Shown here one piece after another: positions 26,696-39,426 of a stretch of 64,000 bases of DNA; position 1 is the stretch's first letter, and every line of letters begins with the position of its first letter. The notes under the pieces were generated by a model. The model saw only the letters and a list, made by a program, of their open reading frames with translations. It searched no databases and had not been told where the DNA came from. This stretch comes from Marsupella aquatica (taxonomy: Eukaryota; Plantae; Marchantiophyta). The DNA is taken from positions 15,034,645-15,098,644 of the forward strand of contig OZ316893.1 of the NCBI GenBank assembly GCA_973895155.1, read 5' to 3'. The translations under genes and the position numbers were made by a program.

Positions 26696-29515
26696 CACAA
26701 GAGATATACTTAGTGGACCAAAAGTTGCATTTAGTCCTCCAAACTCAATTTTTTCTCTTAATGGACCAAAAGTTGCACACGCTCTCCCAGTGGACCCCAA
26801 CGTTCAGATTCCCTGCTAATGGAGCCCCGAATGGAGTTCTAGGCCTACTCCGTACAAGCATGTTCTTCTGAAACACCTTACCACACAATAAGATCAGGTC
26901 CACTGCATACCCTGTGGACACCATTGTTGTCATGTGTAGTAGGCCGTCACAATCCACAAGCGTCGTAGCCTTGGCTGCAATCAAGCGTTGCAGCACCATG
27001 GCTTCCTAGATTTTGTGAATACCATATGGCTATTGTATTCAAAACTACAATTGAACAAGTTTGCGGCAGCATTAGAGCATGCAAGTGCTTTCATGCTCGC
27101 CTCAAAGTATTTTTTATAATACATTGTCACTTTAGTGTTCAAGATACAAAGGAAATAGTTTACGACTACATTGGAGCTTGCAAGCACCGTACCTCCCCCA
27201 ACCTCCTTGTTTTTATGAAGACATTGTCCGTAATGTATATTACTTTTAAAGGAATTTTCAAAATTCAAATGTGTGTGCCCTTTATTGAATCAATTTGGAA
27301 CCTGTTTTGTTGTCATTTGGTTTGTTTCTCGACATTTTCTCACATTTTCTTGTGTTGTTGGTTCATGTTGTTCCTGCTGTTCCTGCTGTTCCTGCTCATG
27401 TTCTTGCTATGTCGACCCTTGAGGATGTGCGAATTGCAATGCATGAGCGGCCAGACACCATCATTGGGGCAATCCCGGTATATGTTTATAATTTTGCCTC
27501 TAATTTCTTGTGGCCCAGAAAGTTCACTTACAGAGGTTGTAGGCATGGGATTGGCGATTGTTTGGTTTGTTGGAAGTCCGTTGAAGAAGCGGAGCAATGC
27601 AACCACGACCCACTGCTAGACGTGAACAATTGTCAGTTGTATAGGTTCCAAATTTTCATGGTTGATGTGTATGAGAACACTGGGCCATTCAAGGCCACAA
27701 TCTTTCAAGCTGCACGAGAGCTAGCTTGTGGAGATGAATGCTGACGAATTTGCAGAGTATGGTACCATTCGCCAGCTTGAGACAATGCACAAGCAAATTG
27801 CTCAGATCGATCCCATATTGTCTAGTGTGGATTAAAGTAGGACAGCACTCTGCTGTTGTAAATAAGCTTGTTGTTGAGCGTAGACATTGCCCTCCTAGTC
27901 AAGCCCTTGTGCAAACAAGAGTTGAGAAAGTGATCAGCAAAAGTAATCTTGTGGATGTTGATGTCCTTATTGAGCAGTTGGGGTGACCGCAACAATGATA
28001 TCAAAGTTTTGTTTGTCCACTATCAAATCTGCCAAAGAGAAATAATAGGGATTTTGTGCCATGAAGAATATATTTTGGTTGAACATGTATTCTTGTTATT
28101 TCTTCAAGAGATTGGTGGTTTGGGACGATGATTTTGTGTCATTTAGCATTTTCCTGAGCTTCAATGATGAACAGTTTTCATTTGAGGTGAATATTGGAGG
28201 AGCCCTTGCATAATTTTGAAAATGTGTATGTGTAATTGGTACTTTCTATTGTGTTATGATCCTACAACGTTGTTTATGTATTCATTAAACTCTATTATGT
28301 AACAAGTTGAATTATTCTTTTGTATGTTAAGAATATCTAGAACACATAATTCTACATGGTTGTGTATTCTTAAAACTCTATTTCATATATGTAACAAGTC
28401 TTAACATTTGTTTCTTTCATGAGAATACATGTTAGAAGACAACATGGTTCACAACTTGGGGAAAGTTATAGCCTTGTTTTGTCACCAATGTGTTCTTGAT
28501 AATAAATATCAACTCATCAACATGTCTATGTTCATGTGTATTGTTGTTGGATTTAGTAAATAATATCCAATGTTGCTTGATTTCTTGCTCTCTTTGAAGA
28601 CTCTACACTTGCATGATCTGTTCCAAAAATGAACAGAGCAGACAAGAATGCACAAACCATGATTATATGGTACACACGCCGCACAATGTATTCATTACTC
28701 ACAGTGCAAAAATTGTATTCATGGCTCCGCAGCCTACAAATGGACAAAACCATTTTACCTGTATATATACGTGGTGGACATTGTATTCCAAGGTTGCACT
28801 TAAACAAAGTTATGACTCCCCTGCCTTACATACATGCACCAAGGTCTACTCTAATGGACAAAACCAAATAATGTTGAACATAGAACGATGTGTAGCTTGT
28901 ATACAATATGCACTTTATTTCAAATTTCACACTTAGAAAATTTCATTTCCTCCAACTTCATGAAGACGCCCCCCACCGAAGCCTGCCCAAATGGACAAAA
29001 CCTACCGTATTCAACATAGAAGTATGATTTGTGATGTATACACTTTGCATGTTGTACTCTAATTTCACACTTAGAAAAAATTGCATTTCCTCCAATGTTA
29101 CCAAGATGCCCCCCGCCAAAGCCTGCCCAAATGGACAAAACCTACAAATGAATATTCAACATAGAAATATGACTTGTCATTGTCCATAGCACGTTGTATT
29201 TAGAGTTCACATATATAATTTTTTCAGGTTTGTTTGACATTAAGGGTTAAGTTTGTATACATTGTGGTCAATGTATACATTGATTCACTTGGAACTGCGA
29301 TTGTAGTTGACCGCATTTGGCGATGCGATTGGACACTGAAGAACAGTAGAACATGATGCGTTTTATAGTGACAATCTTGCGTTATAAGAATTGCATAGTG
29401 CATTAGAAGAACATCTCACACAAAACCGGGAGGTCCCACCGGGAGAGCCTGTGCAATTTTTGGTCCATTAAGAAAAAATGTTGCATTTGGAGGTACACTA
29501 AATATATCTCTCGTG
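26696..29515. mobile_element. Non-autonomous DNA transposon with ~90-110-bp imperfect TIRs, carrying a gene fragment
   Basis: The left end cacaagagatatacttagtg...ttaatggaccaaaagttgcacacgctctcccagtgg matches the reverse complement of the right end (cacgagagatatatttagtg...ttaatggaccaaaaattgcacaggctctcccggtgg). There is an internal ~140-bp duplication at 28922/29061. No clear TSD. Confidence 0.8.
27409..27837 (+). pseudogene. RPA70 C-terminal (Rep_fac-A_C) zinc-ribbon OB-fold-like fragment, frameshifted
   Basis: FTYRGC...CLVCWKSV...C...YRFQIFMVDVYENTGPFKATIFQAARE then, after a 4-nt frameshift at ~27720, LVEMNADEF. This follows the recalled RPA1 DBD-C pattern (Y.AC..C.KKV...C...Y.L...D.TG.....F...AE.LLG.SA.E). 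Confidence 0.6.
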
Positions 29516-29537
29516 AGTGACATAAGCATGACGGAGT

Positions 29538-29671
29538 ACGTATATGTTTACTATCTTGTCCTGCTTTTTAATGGGGTATTAGAGCGACCGTAAGTCGGCC
29601 CGTGTATGCGGGGAGGCATACGGAAGCTCGATTACCCCATTCAGGAGCAGGGGGCAGCCCTAAACATACGT
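29538..29671. other. 134-nt imperfect hairpin (candidate pre-miRNA or tiny MITE)
   Basis: cctgctttttaatggggtattagagcgaccgta pairs with tacggaagctcgattaccccattcaggagcagg. An outer tatgttta/taaacata stem and an apical cccgt-gtat-gcggg stem-loop are also present. Confidence 0.55.
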
Positions 29672-30954
29672 TAAGGATTGTGGCCATTGATTGACTCAAT
29701 CGAATGGACCAGATCGACAGCTCCACGCGCCTAATATCCGACCGTCAATTTCAATGGCTGAGATAGTTAGGGAATGCGCGCCTGCTGCCTTGTCATCCTA
29801 TACCTGTGTATAAATACACCCAAAAATACAGTTCAAATTTACGAAATATAAAAAATCTGCTTACGTGGCAAGATCTGGTAGGCTAGCTACTATAAGAATC
29901 ACCCCACGATCCTTAACGGACGGAGCATGACGGACGGAGGGAAGGGCTGACAAACGACGGACAGAATGACGGAAGGAAAACGAGTGCTATACCGAGGTTG
30001 CGCAGACCATGAAAAGCTCCTCCAACAAACCTCTGTGGAACAACAGTTGCCTCACAAAGCGACGTCCAAATATCCCTCACCAGCGCGAACTCTTCTCGTT
30101 CCGTAATTGTCCGAGAAGAAGACTCTAAAAGCGGGGTGTGTTCGAAAGTAGCCTCGCCTGAATCGAAGATAATGCGGATGGTGCAAATTCCGATCCCCTC
30201 GTTCATAAGCAGTGCCGAAATTCTGTCCAAGTGAGGTACTCCTGCTCTCCTCTACTTCACCATCCGCCTTGAGGTTTGTGGGATTTTGATGTCGGTGGTG
30301 CTCAGTCGTAAAAGTTTCACTGCTTAACGAGGATGAGAACTGGAGTGAAGATGGTGGGATTTTACTTCCTTTCCCTGCTGGCTTCGATGCGGCATGCAGC
30401 TGGTCGCCCTTGCACGAGATAGAATTGTCGTGCTTGATTTCGTGTCCGCTTATTTATGGCCATTGAGCATGGATGCTTGAATTTCAGAGCTTGGCTGGCC
30501 GTCTGCGGAAGTCCGAACTGTCAGCGTGTGAGCTGGCCCCGCTTTGCGATTTTGATTCCTTATTTTGCCGTGCTCTTCATCTTGACGGCGAGGCATTGAT
30601 CGGAATGGTCCAACTTTTGACGCAGCCTCTTGATCGCTCACCAATGAACATGGTTGGATTTGAATGAAAGTCGTTGGAGGTTTTGATTTTCGTGCAGGTT
30701 TCTTGTGATCGAGATGCGCTGAACTAGTATGTTTGGAATCGATCGAAATTTGTGTGTGCTGGTGGTTTGATTGTGACGGGGTGTTGACTGAGCATGGCTT
30801 GGGTATTCGGCTTCCTTACCTCCCACATTTTACGCCAAAGTATTGAGCTGAATGTCTAACTCGTAACCCCTGTATAAAAGTATTCAGAATGCACACGTAA
30901 ATCATCACCATCGACTCGCAGCAGCGACATAATTGAAGATCACGGAGGTCGGTA

Positions 30955-33900
30955 ATGGCGTTCTCGGTTGGCTCCTCTCCCGTGCCTATCACAGAACTGT
31001 ACTTCCGGCCCTGTCTTAATGAATCTGGAACCTGTAAATTGAAAGAACAGACGCTGAGTCAGGATAGGAGGAGATTCTCTCAGCTGGATTTGCAATCAGT
31101 GAGTAGCACTCAGTTCCACTTGGCGGGTACCATGTTTGGTCGCTCTTCCTCGAACCCGTCCACCTCTTTCCTCTCTACAGCTGATTCGCTTCTCATTTGG
31201 CCTCGGCTCTTGTCACATTTCGATTCTACCCCTCGTATTGCTCTCTCTTCACCGTCCTTTCTGAATTCTCTTACTTTAAACCTGGTTTCCAAGATGAGGA
31301 AGAGAACAGAAACGGGAAGGGCTGAGAGTCCAGGTTTATGTAGAGGTAGTGTCGTCACGAAGGAGGAGACGATGATAACTCAGGAAGTAACTAAGGAAGA
31401 GACTATCCGGTCCGAGGGCGGCGGAGGGAATGGTGACGGCAATGGGGAAGGCGGAGGGGGTGGTGGTGGAGGAGGAGGCGGGGATGCTGTTGGCTGGATT
31501 TCTAGCGCTCTGATTTTCGCGTTTTGGGCTGGACTCCTTTTCTACGCTTTTACTATAGCCCCGAATCAAACGCAGGTAATCCCTCAATTCCATGAATATG
31601 CCTTTCATAATTGCAGACGAAATGAGAAATGATAAGCAGGGGTCAAGATAAGCGGCTTCAGGAACAGAATTTAGAAGTAAGATGCAACAAGTGACATATG
31701 GGCACTAATTGCTGCTAGACTCAGTCGTATCATTCAATTTTTGTCGCCGAGCATTTGTTGACAAATGTTTTTTTCACAGCAACGAGTCATGCTTGAATAA
31801 CTTTTTCTCGTTCGCAGTACACGGACACGTACTTCATTAAAAAGCTGGTAGGCCTCAATTCGGACGACGGCTTTACTATGAATAAGTTACTGGTTGCAGA
31901 ATTTTACGTGATGGGCTTATGGCCGGTTATCTACAGCAGCCTTCTAATTCCCAATGGTCGAAGGTAACAATTCTTGTTTCCTTCCTTCTCCTTCAAATTC
32001 TTTGCTCAGCATTGTTTTCTTTGGTGCCTTCTTCTCAACAGTTCCTCATTTGTTCAAGAATATCGTCTCCTTTCTGGATGATATTGATCCAAGCTGCCAA
32101 TGCAAAACAATCTCCTCGAGAAAATGGAAGTGGATTCATGAAATTGAGCAGATAAGGACAACGAGCCCGTCAGGATTTTTAACTATTGTTTAGATCTGAG
32201 ATTTCTGTTGCCATGTCATGATTACTGGAATCTTTGAATAATACACCTTCCTGAAATTGATACCAACAATGGATCCCTAGGTATCCTCATAGTGTGTCAA
32301 TCGCATCTGAGTCTTATAAAGCTGCTTATTTTGATTTTTCTTCCATCACTGTCGCCTCTCTACTGTTATTTCCGTCACATGTAGAATGGTTTCCCTAGGA
32401 GAGTTCTCATGGTCATATGTTGCGGAGTGACCATTGTGGGCAAACTGTGTAGGTCAGTTGTACAGCTAGTTTTCATGGGCTTCTCTTGGTCTGAAGCCGA
32501 TGTTCTCTTTCTGGACGCCATGAGCTTGAGAATGTCGGGTCGACATAATCTTGTCATTCCAGTGTGCAATCGTGAACTGAGGCAAGAGAGGAAGAATTTT
32601 GTCATGGAGGCTGATGGATTGGTCGCTTTGATGACAGCAGCAAGGATGGTGTGAAGGTGGGGCCATTTTCTGTTGTTTCATTTTTTGTGGGTGCGTTTGC
32701 TCTGTTGCCCTACTTCGGTTTGTGGCGACCGCCTCCACCGATGGTGTCCAGAGATGAACTTGGGCGATATCCACTCAATATCCTGGAGTCCAAAATTACC
32801 GCAGTGGTATGTTCTTTTAGCAACTCTTGCTCTGTGGCCCACTGTGCTCATGAGTTTGAATTATACCATCGCTTGTTAAAGCTCATACTTGGCTACGTTA
32901 CAAGGCAGAAGTCGAGCATGGCACAAGATATTTGGCTGCTGAATTTGTTATTTGAAAACTAATTATTTTACCGTATTTGCAATTTGTCGTCACGGCAGAT
33001 TAGCTTGTAAGCTTTCTTTAATAAATTTCATAGTCCTTTGGAAGCACAGCAGACACGAGCAAGGTATATGTGCTCAGATCCTCGGAGACGGCCAATCTCT
33101 GAAGTGTGCACACTTAACAAAAATAAAACTCACGCACTGATTGCATGACAAGGGCACTAATGCCTACACCACTCAAGAGACTGCCATAATGTCTGTCTGC
33201 TGTATCATGGTTTGGATAATGGGTCCCATTCTCTTGGCAGAGTCAGTACCAACTATGATTATGAGAATGTTGAAGTACCAACTGTTTTGGTGGATGTGGA
33301 CAGGCTGTTGTTATCGGAGGTATTGTTCTGGCATGTTATGCAGGGTCCGCTGGTGGAGACCAGTGGGCAGAATTTTTTCAATATTTCCAAGAGAGCAGAT
33401 TTGTAAGTGCGATAAATCAAACGGATTTATGGGTCAAGTTTTGACAGTTTTGATCGTTATTAGAATTATTTGTCTGCACTAGTTCGCAGGCATCCTTGCA
33501 GAGTACGTTGTCTTCTGAACCGCCGGATTTTCATCCAACTTGCACTAAATGACTTCTGGCTTGATGACAGATACATGTCATGTCAATTGATTTCTTGACC
33601 CTGTCAGCCTTGGCTCCATTTTGGGTCTACAATGACCACAGTGCTCGACAAAGGTACTCTTACTGACATTAGAAATCTCTAGCACTTGTTCTGTACTGTA
33701 CACGTAAACAATATTTTGAAGGTGAGTGCAAACAACAGGTTGGCTCACAGAAAAGTTGTAAAGGTATTGTTATTGGAGTTTCATTTCAACTGTGTGCTTG
33801 GAGTAGAGGGCAGCGTGACACCCACCAACCTAAGGATTACAATTGTTTCATATCCCGCAGGCCCAACACGTCATCATGGTTGCCATCAATTGCTGTCATC

Positions 33901-34002
33901 CCTTTCTTTGGTCCCGCACTGTATTTACTCTTGCGGCCACCATTAGCTTCGGCATCCATTGATGGATCGGAGGACATAAGTGCTAGGGGCGGGTCTTCTT
34001 AA
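30955..34002 (+). CDS. Multi-pass membrane protein with likely plastid transit peptide (AT2G04360-like / cyanobacterial DUF2834-like), 6 exons
   Basis: Exons 30955-31575, 31818-31963, 32638-32806, 33304-33402, 33571-33653 and 33861-34002 join in frame. Ser-rich N-terminus and poly-Gly linker; motifs FWAGLLFYAFTIAPNQT, MGLWPVIYSSLLIP, GAFALLPYFGLWRPPPP, FRESRFIHVMSIDF and IPFFGPALYLLLRP. Confidence 0.85.
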
Positions 34003-35143
34003 TCATACGATTTGTCCTGTAAATTTGAAAAGTCAATTGCACAAAATTAATCTAGTAGTGTGCCCTCCGTGAACAGGGTGTGTTGGACATATTTCACATC
34101 TGTAAAATCAGAGTTGCAATGACGATGGAGAGCATTTTCAAAGTTATAGTTGAGGAGGATTTTTCACAGATCCTCCTTCGGTGCCATTCTGTGACAATTC
34201 CATTTTTAATCCCTGATAACAACAACTGTATATAATCCCTTCTACCAACGTCATTTAGTTACTATACTCAAAACCCATTAAGCAAATTTCAGGGAACACC
34301 AGCCATCATGTCGATAAGTATTGTCTGATGAACGCAGAAATTGATTTGTAATATTACACAACACTTACCCCGGTGTAAGGACTGACCTAAGTAAGATGCT
34401 CCTCAATTTTTCTGCAAACTTGAGTTCGTAAGTCGGTGGCAAAGGGTCCCAAGATGATCCTCATGATAGAGTCTTATTCATACACACGACAAAATCAGCC
34501 TGTCTACTCAAAGAAATACACTTGTCAAAAGAACTACTCATCGGCGGAAGAACAAAGCCGTAGCCGGTAATTTTTGAATTCCCACAATGTCTGTCACATT
34601 CTAGGACAATTGATGATTGTCACGAAAAATCTTTCGAGCTAGCATTTGCGCTGATTGACAGCGAGACACGCTGATGTTCTGTTGATCTAGGATACGTTGA
34701 AGTCTTAATAGAGAAGAATCCTGGAGCCTAGAGACAGGCACACTTCTGCTGCATGAATTTTTCAAGGCCCAACAGCAAAATTTGATTTTGTGCAGAATCC
34801 ACAACTAAGAAAGAGTTAGATGAGGCCATGCATCATTCTTTACTTACTGGAAAACTTCTTTGGTTAAGGAACCCTAATCCTGCTCCAAAACCTTGGATCC
34901 GAAATTATGTCACTCCTGCCTGAGCCGACCTGGAATTTGGTCCCGGAACGATACGAGGAAACGAGAGTTAATTCAACGAAAGTAGAATACTGCAGAACTC
35001 TCAAAGTGGAAAACAGAGAAATGAATATTAATTTTAATGCTCTGAAAACAAAACCTGCCTGGTCGAAGCAACCAGAATGAACCAAACTCTTAGGAGGACA
35101 AAGAGGGTGCGGATTACTTACTGTCAGAGGAGAGACGACCAGG

Positions 35144-35431
35144 TCATGATGAAACGTCTGTGATCTTTATATCCATAATGCTCTTGGTGCGGGGAGCGTA
35201 GAGAGAGTACACTACCGACTGCCTCTGAGCTACTTGCAGAGACTGTCGTCCATGTGCACAAGCCGCGGCGATCACTGCCGGATCAGTCGCCAAACGATTT
35301 TCCTTGAACCCTTCCTTGACGCGCCGCTTCACGTACTCTCTAATGTTGTAGTTGGGGAACTTCCTGGCTTCTCTTAATAACGACTTGAAAAGATGAATTA
35401 CCTCTGCAGACGATGGCGCTGCTGCTGCCAT
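35144..35431 (-). CDS. ISD11: LYR motif-containing protein 4 (ISD11), mitochondrial Fe-S cluster assembly, 95 aa
   Basis: VIHLFKSLLREARKFPNYNIREYVKRRVKEGFKENR...LQVAQRQSVVYSLYAP is the LYRM4 signature. The CDS is intronless. Confidence 0.93.
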   Translation of the reverse strand: MAAAAPSSAEVIHLFKSLLREARKFPNYNIREYVKRRVKEGFKENRLATDPAVIAAACAHGRQSLQVAQRQSVVYSLYAPRTKSIMDIKITDVSS

Positions 35432-38400
35432 CTCCCCTACCCTACTCTCAGCGCTCTCCGCCTCCCTTCCTCGCAAATCTTCTCCTCACACTTGCCCTGC
35501 CTGACAAGTCGCCCGGCTCAGTCAACAGCAAACAAAGCAATCCGCCAATTATACAATCAGAGACGACGAAAGAGGAAACAGACTGCAAATAATCGAAGTT
35601 CACAGAACCGAATCTGGCTGACTACCTAGATCATGTTCCTTATATAACACGATCAATTCCATGAAACAGTGACAACCATCAGGCCAACAATTCCAGACCA
35701 TCATTTTAGGGACAAAAATTCCCGTAGCTCCCACACTTACAGCCTATAGCACAAATTACTTAACCCTGACAGACAATTCGAAGCTGGAAAAGAAAGTCAG
35801 AGAGAAAGAGCGTAAGGTAGATGGAATTGGGATAATCCCACCGAACGGTTCCTTACTTTTTCCACACAGGGAGGAAAAGAACAAATGAGTTCCTTTCACA
35901 CCCTGAAGTGTCAAACCTATAGCCTTACTAAATTCGATCCGATCGCCGTAACAGCACATGCGTCAAAAGAGAATTCACGAAAGAAGACTTCAGTGCACAT
36001 GAGAAAAGTACCCACATCCAAATCCGAAGACAGAGAGACCAAAAAACAGACAGAAACATCTAGAATGATAGAAGGAACAAAGTACGAAATAAATACCTCA
36101 ACAAATCACAAAGCTTTCCCGTTCCAAGGACACTAGCTTCGATCACAACGACTTTCCTGAAATTGTTTTCTCTCTCAACTCTCTCATCCAGCTGTTTTAT
36201 CGAGAATTCTGTGATGCTGCCTTTCTTTGGGGTACTGTACTGTATCGTTCACTCTGCGCCGTTCATACCTGAAACCTGGGATTCTTTCAAATGGTACTTA
36301 CATCCCATGCGAATTTATTTCTAAATTCTTTTGGCTCCACAAACGCTCCACAAACAAGGACGATATGTCTGGGACAATACACCAACATGACCCATAAAAA
36401 TTCCGACATTGCTACATGGCAAACCATAGTTACGTTTTTTCAGCCTATTTTATTTTAGCATAAATTAGAGTTTTTATGTGCTTTTACAATAAGACATTTA
36501 TCAAAATAACTACCCTAATGATTAATTTCAAACCCTTTTTGCACAAAAATAAACAGTTACTTTTGATACATTTTTTTGCCCCTTTAATGAAAATGTACAT
36601 TTACATTTAACCCAAATCAGCAATGTTGGAATTTTTTTTCCGAGATGTAAAATAGACAAGAAAATGACATCATTTTCTTTTTATACTATCAACCATTCAG
36701 TAAAAACATAAAAAGGCAACTCTAAACATAAATCCTTCCCCATTGCATGAGCATCATTAGCGACACTTGAGCGGAAACAAATGCCATCCATTTATCCAAG
36801 GGCTGCCCCTGTGACCTCTGTTCCGATTATTTTCACATTTATTTCTATTAAGTGCTTTTCCAAACCTGTCACCTCATGGCTCCGACAGGGAATTGAACCC
36901 TGAACTGTTCTTGAACAGCCTTCCAAGCAGAGTTTGACTCAAAAAATGATACAAAAGCCTTGCACATTGGATGTGTCAACTAAAGCCTCTGTAAAAAAGA
37001 CAAGTGAGAATCAAACGGAACACTACTAGAAAGTAAAACAGACCAGGCACAACGGACAAACAAGAACTGTGGATAGATATTGGGCAAATCACTTAGCAAC
37101 CGGGCACACAGCCAAATTGAGCAACCCTACAAACACAAAGTCAAAATTAGACCTGAAGAGCCAAAACAATGTCGAGCCAAAAAGAACTGAGCACAAACAA
37201 GCCAAAACAGAGCCAAGTAAACAGTCCTCACAAGCAGCCTAGCAAAACGAGCACTAGCTTCCATGACAAAAAAGCAAACAACCTTCACCATCGTGACTAA
37301 ATTATTACCAGCAAGGAGATTTTGCCTGAGAAAAAAATCAACTAGCCAGGAGAATCTTTGTTATACCTAGAAGACATAGCAAAAGCAGAAACAAACGTAC
37401 ACATTCAAATGGATAACAGCAGACGTCTTGCCCTTTCATGGAGAAGTGAAGTGGAAGCAACGAAGATTGAAATGGTTGTCCAGAGTTAGCCATGGAATCA
37501 TATCCACAGTGGTCACAATACATTCCGTGGAATGAGCACAGCCGAGGCCATACATTAAATCATCCACTGCAGCTGCAACTGATCAATGGAGATTGGCCAC
37601 TAGCATCCAGCAGCAGCAAGTATTGACCATCTAGCAAGCAGCAACGACAAGCATCTAGCTAGAGGGCAAGGAGACTACCAGCGAGAGCAGGCTGATGACA
37701 TATAGCACCACCATCAGAACTCTAAACTCTCTAGTATTCAAGCGTGAACCAAGAGACAGAGAGCAGAGTCGGAGCATGTACTAACCAACCAAACATTGAG
37801 CAGGGGTCCAAGCACCATGATTGCTACCGAGCACAAGAAGGACCGAGCAAAAGGGAGTGCAGCAGTGAGCAGAAACGGCAGCAGAACGGGGATGAGAGGC
37901 ACAGCACATTAAGCCCCAGCACATCGACCTGCAACATTGAGCTCAAGGAGCACGGGAGCACTCCTAATGAAATTAACAAGCAATTCCGGTGCCTAATCAC
38001 CTGTTTGTCCCATGGTTTCAGCTGGGACTCGCCTCGAGACTCGACCTAAAACTTGCCGCCCTTCACTCGCCGTCACTGTTTGCCCTAAACTGGCTGCCCT
38101 AAACTGATATACACACTAAAGTCGCCTATGGCCCTAAACTAAAGAGTGTTTCCGCTACGAAACAAAAACTGAAATGAGTTCCAGGATGAGCCGGCTATAT
38201 CTGGGACAATACACCAACATGACCCATAAACATGACCCACTGTGTTTGACTCGATGCTAGTGAAAACCTATGACCTATTAAAAAATGTCTGTAACAACAG
38301 GATCAATGCATCTTTTCTTGTAACTGATGTGCACCATCGTCCACCATCCTGTTTGTTAGCAAAATATCACTCAAATGCAATGATCAATCAGATCAAACTT

Positions 38401-39081
38401 ACTAGAGTTAGTTGTTGTTGATTGTTAAGTAACTGAATTAAATATAAAGAAATCATTGATTGTAATTTTAAAAGTAAATAAAATGATTACAATATGATTT
38501 TTTTGCCCCCATTCTTTGTTATTTGACATGCTAAATTTCAAAAATTATTATTTTTTACTGTTTTTTGACCTAACTATTTTTGCTAGTGGTGCAACAAACC
38601 TGAGAGGTCATGTTCGTTTGTTGAGGCAAGTATTGTTGTTTGTGTTTGTGGCATAGACCGCTGGGTGGGGGCACTTGAAAAACTACGGAGGGCTTTCTTC
38701 ATAAAAGTTAAGCATCATTCCCAAACCAAGCCAGTCACTTTTTCTTTTAGGCGTAAACTGGCTAATAACTTTTCATATTTGGTGGGGATGGGCAAGGACA
38801 ACATATGTGTCCATCAGGGCTTTGGTTTCCAGATCTTCAACTCCCATTTAAGATATAGAATAGATGAACCACATCAAAAACCAAGTTGAGCTCGTAGAAT
38901 GAGGTAAGAATCTTCAACCATGTCTAGAGTATTCTAGGGAAATGCGTGATCTCAAGTTGATTTTGCCAAGTCACACTAGGTAAAATTATCATTCCTCTAT
39001 TTGTTTGTGTAAATTCTCTGAACAATATGATATACAATATATTTCTTTCTTTCTCATGGCCTGCTTACAAAAGGTCATTCT

Positions 39082-39426
39082 TGTTAGGATTTACTCTTAG
39101 GTTTAGAGTTACGACTGTACTGTAATTAAGGGTAACCTTAGTCGCAGACTTGGTTAGGTTAGTCATGTTGTGCACACTCTATAACCAAGCGGTGTTTGCT
39201 TGGAGAGTGGGAACTCAGGCTCATTGTTACGGAGCTAGTTGATAGATAGAGAGAGCTTGCGCTGTGGATGCTTGGTATGGCCGGTCGGCCTAGAGTGCAG
39301 TAAAGCTCTTGTGTGTTTCCGTGGACGTAGCCTCATGTGGAGGTGAACCATGTATCTCTCTGTGTCGACTCTTGTGCGTTGGATGGTTCATGGGCTTGCC
39401 GTTGCGATTGTCATCTATGCTCAACA
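39082..39426 (+). repeat. 5' LTR (345 bp)
   Basis: tgttaggatttactc...ctatgctcaaca. Roughly 8% divergent from the 3' LTR by manual count. Confidence 0.95.

Noticed and set aside
27026-27619. 197-aa hydrophobic ORF
   Set aside because: Low-complexity T-rich sequence in an alternative frame to the RPA-like fragment; no family signal.
36877-36960. Complete tRNA gene
   Set aside because: Only the T-arm and 3' acceptor-like strand are present; no D-arm or matching 5' strand.
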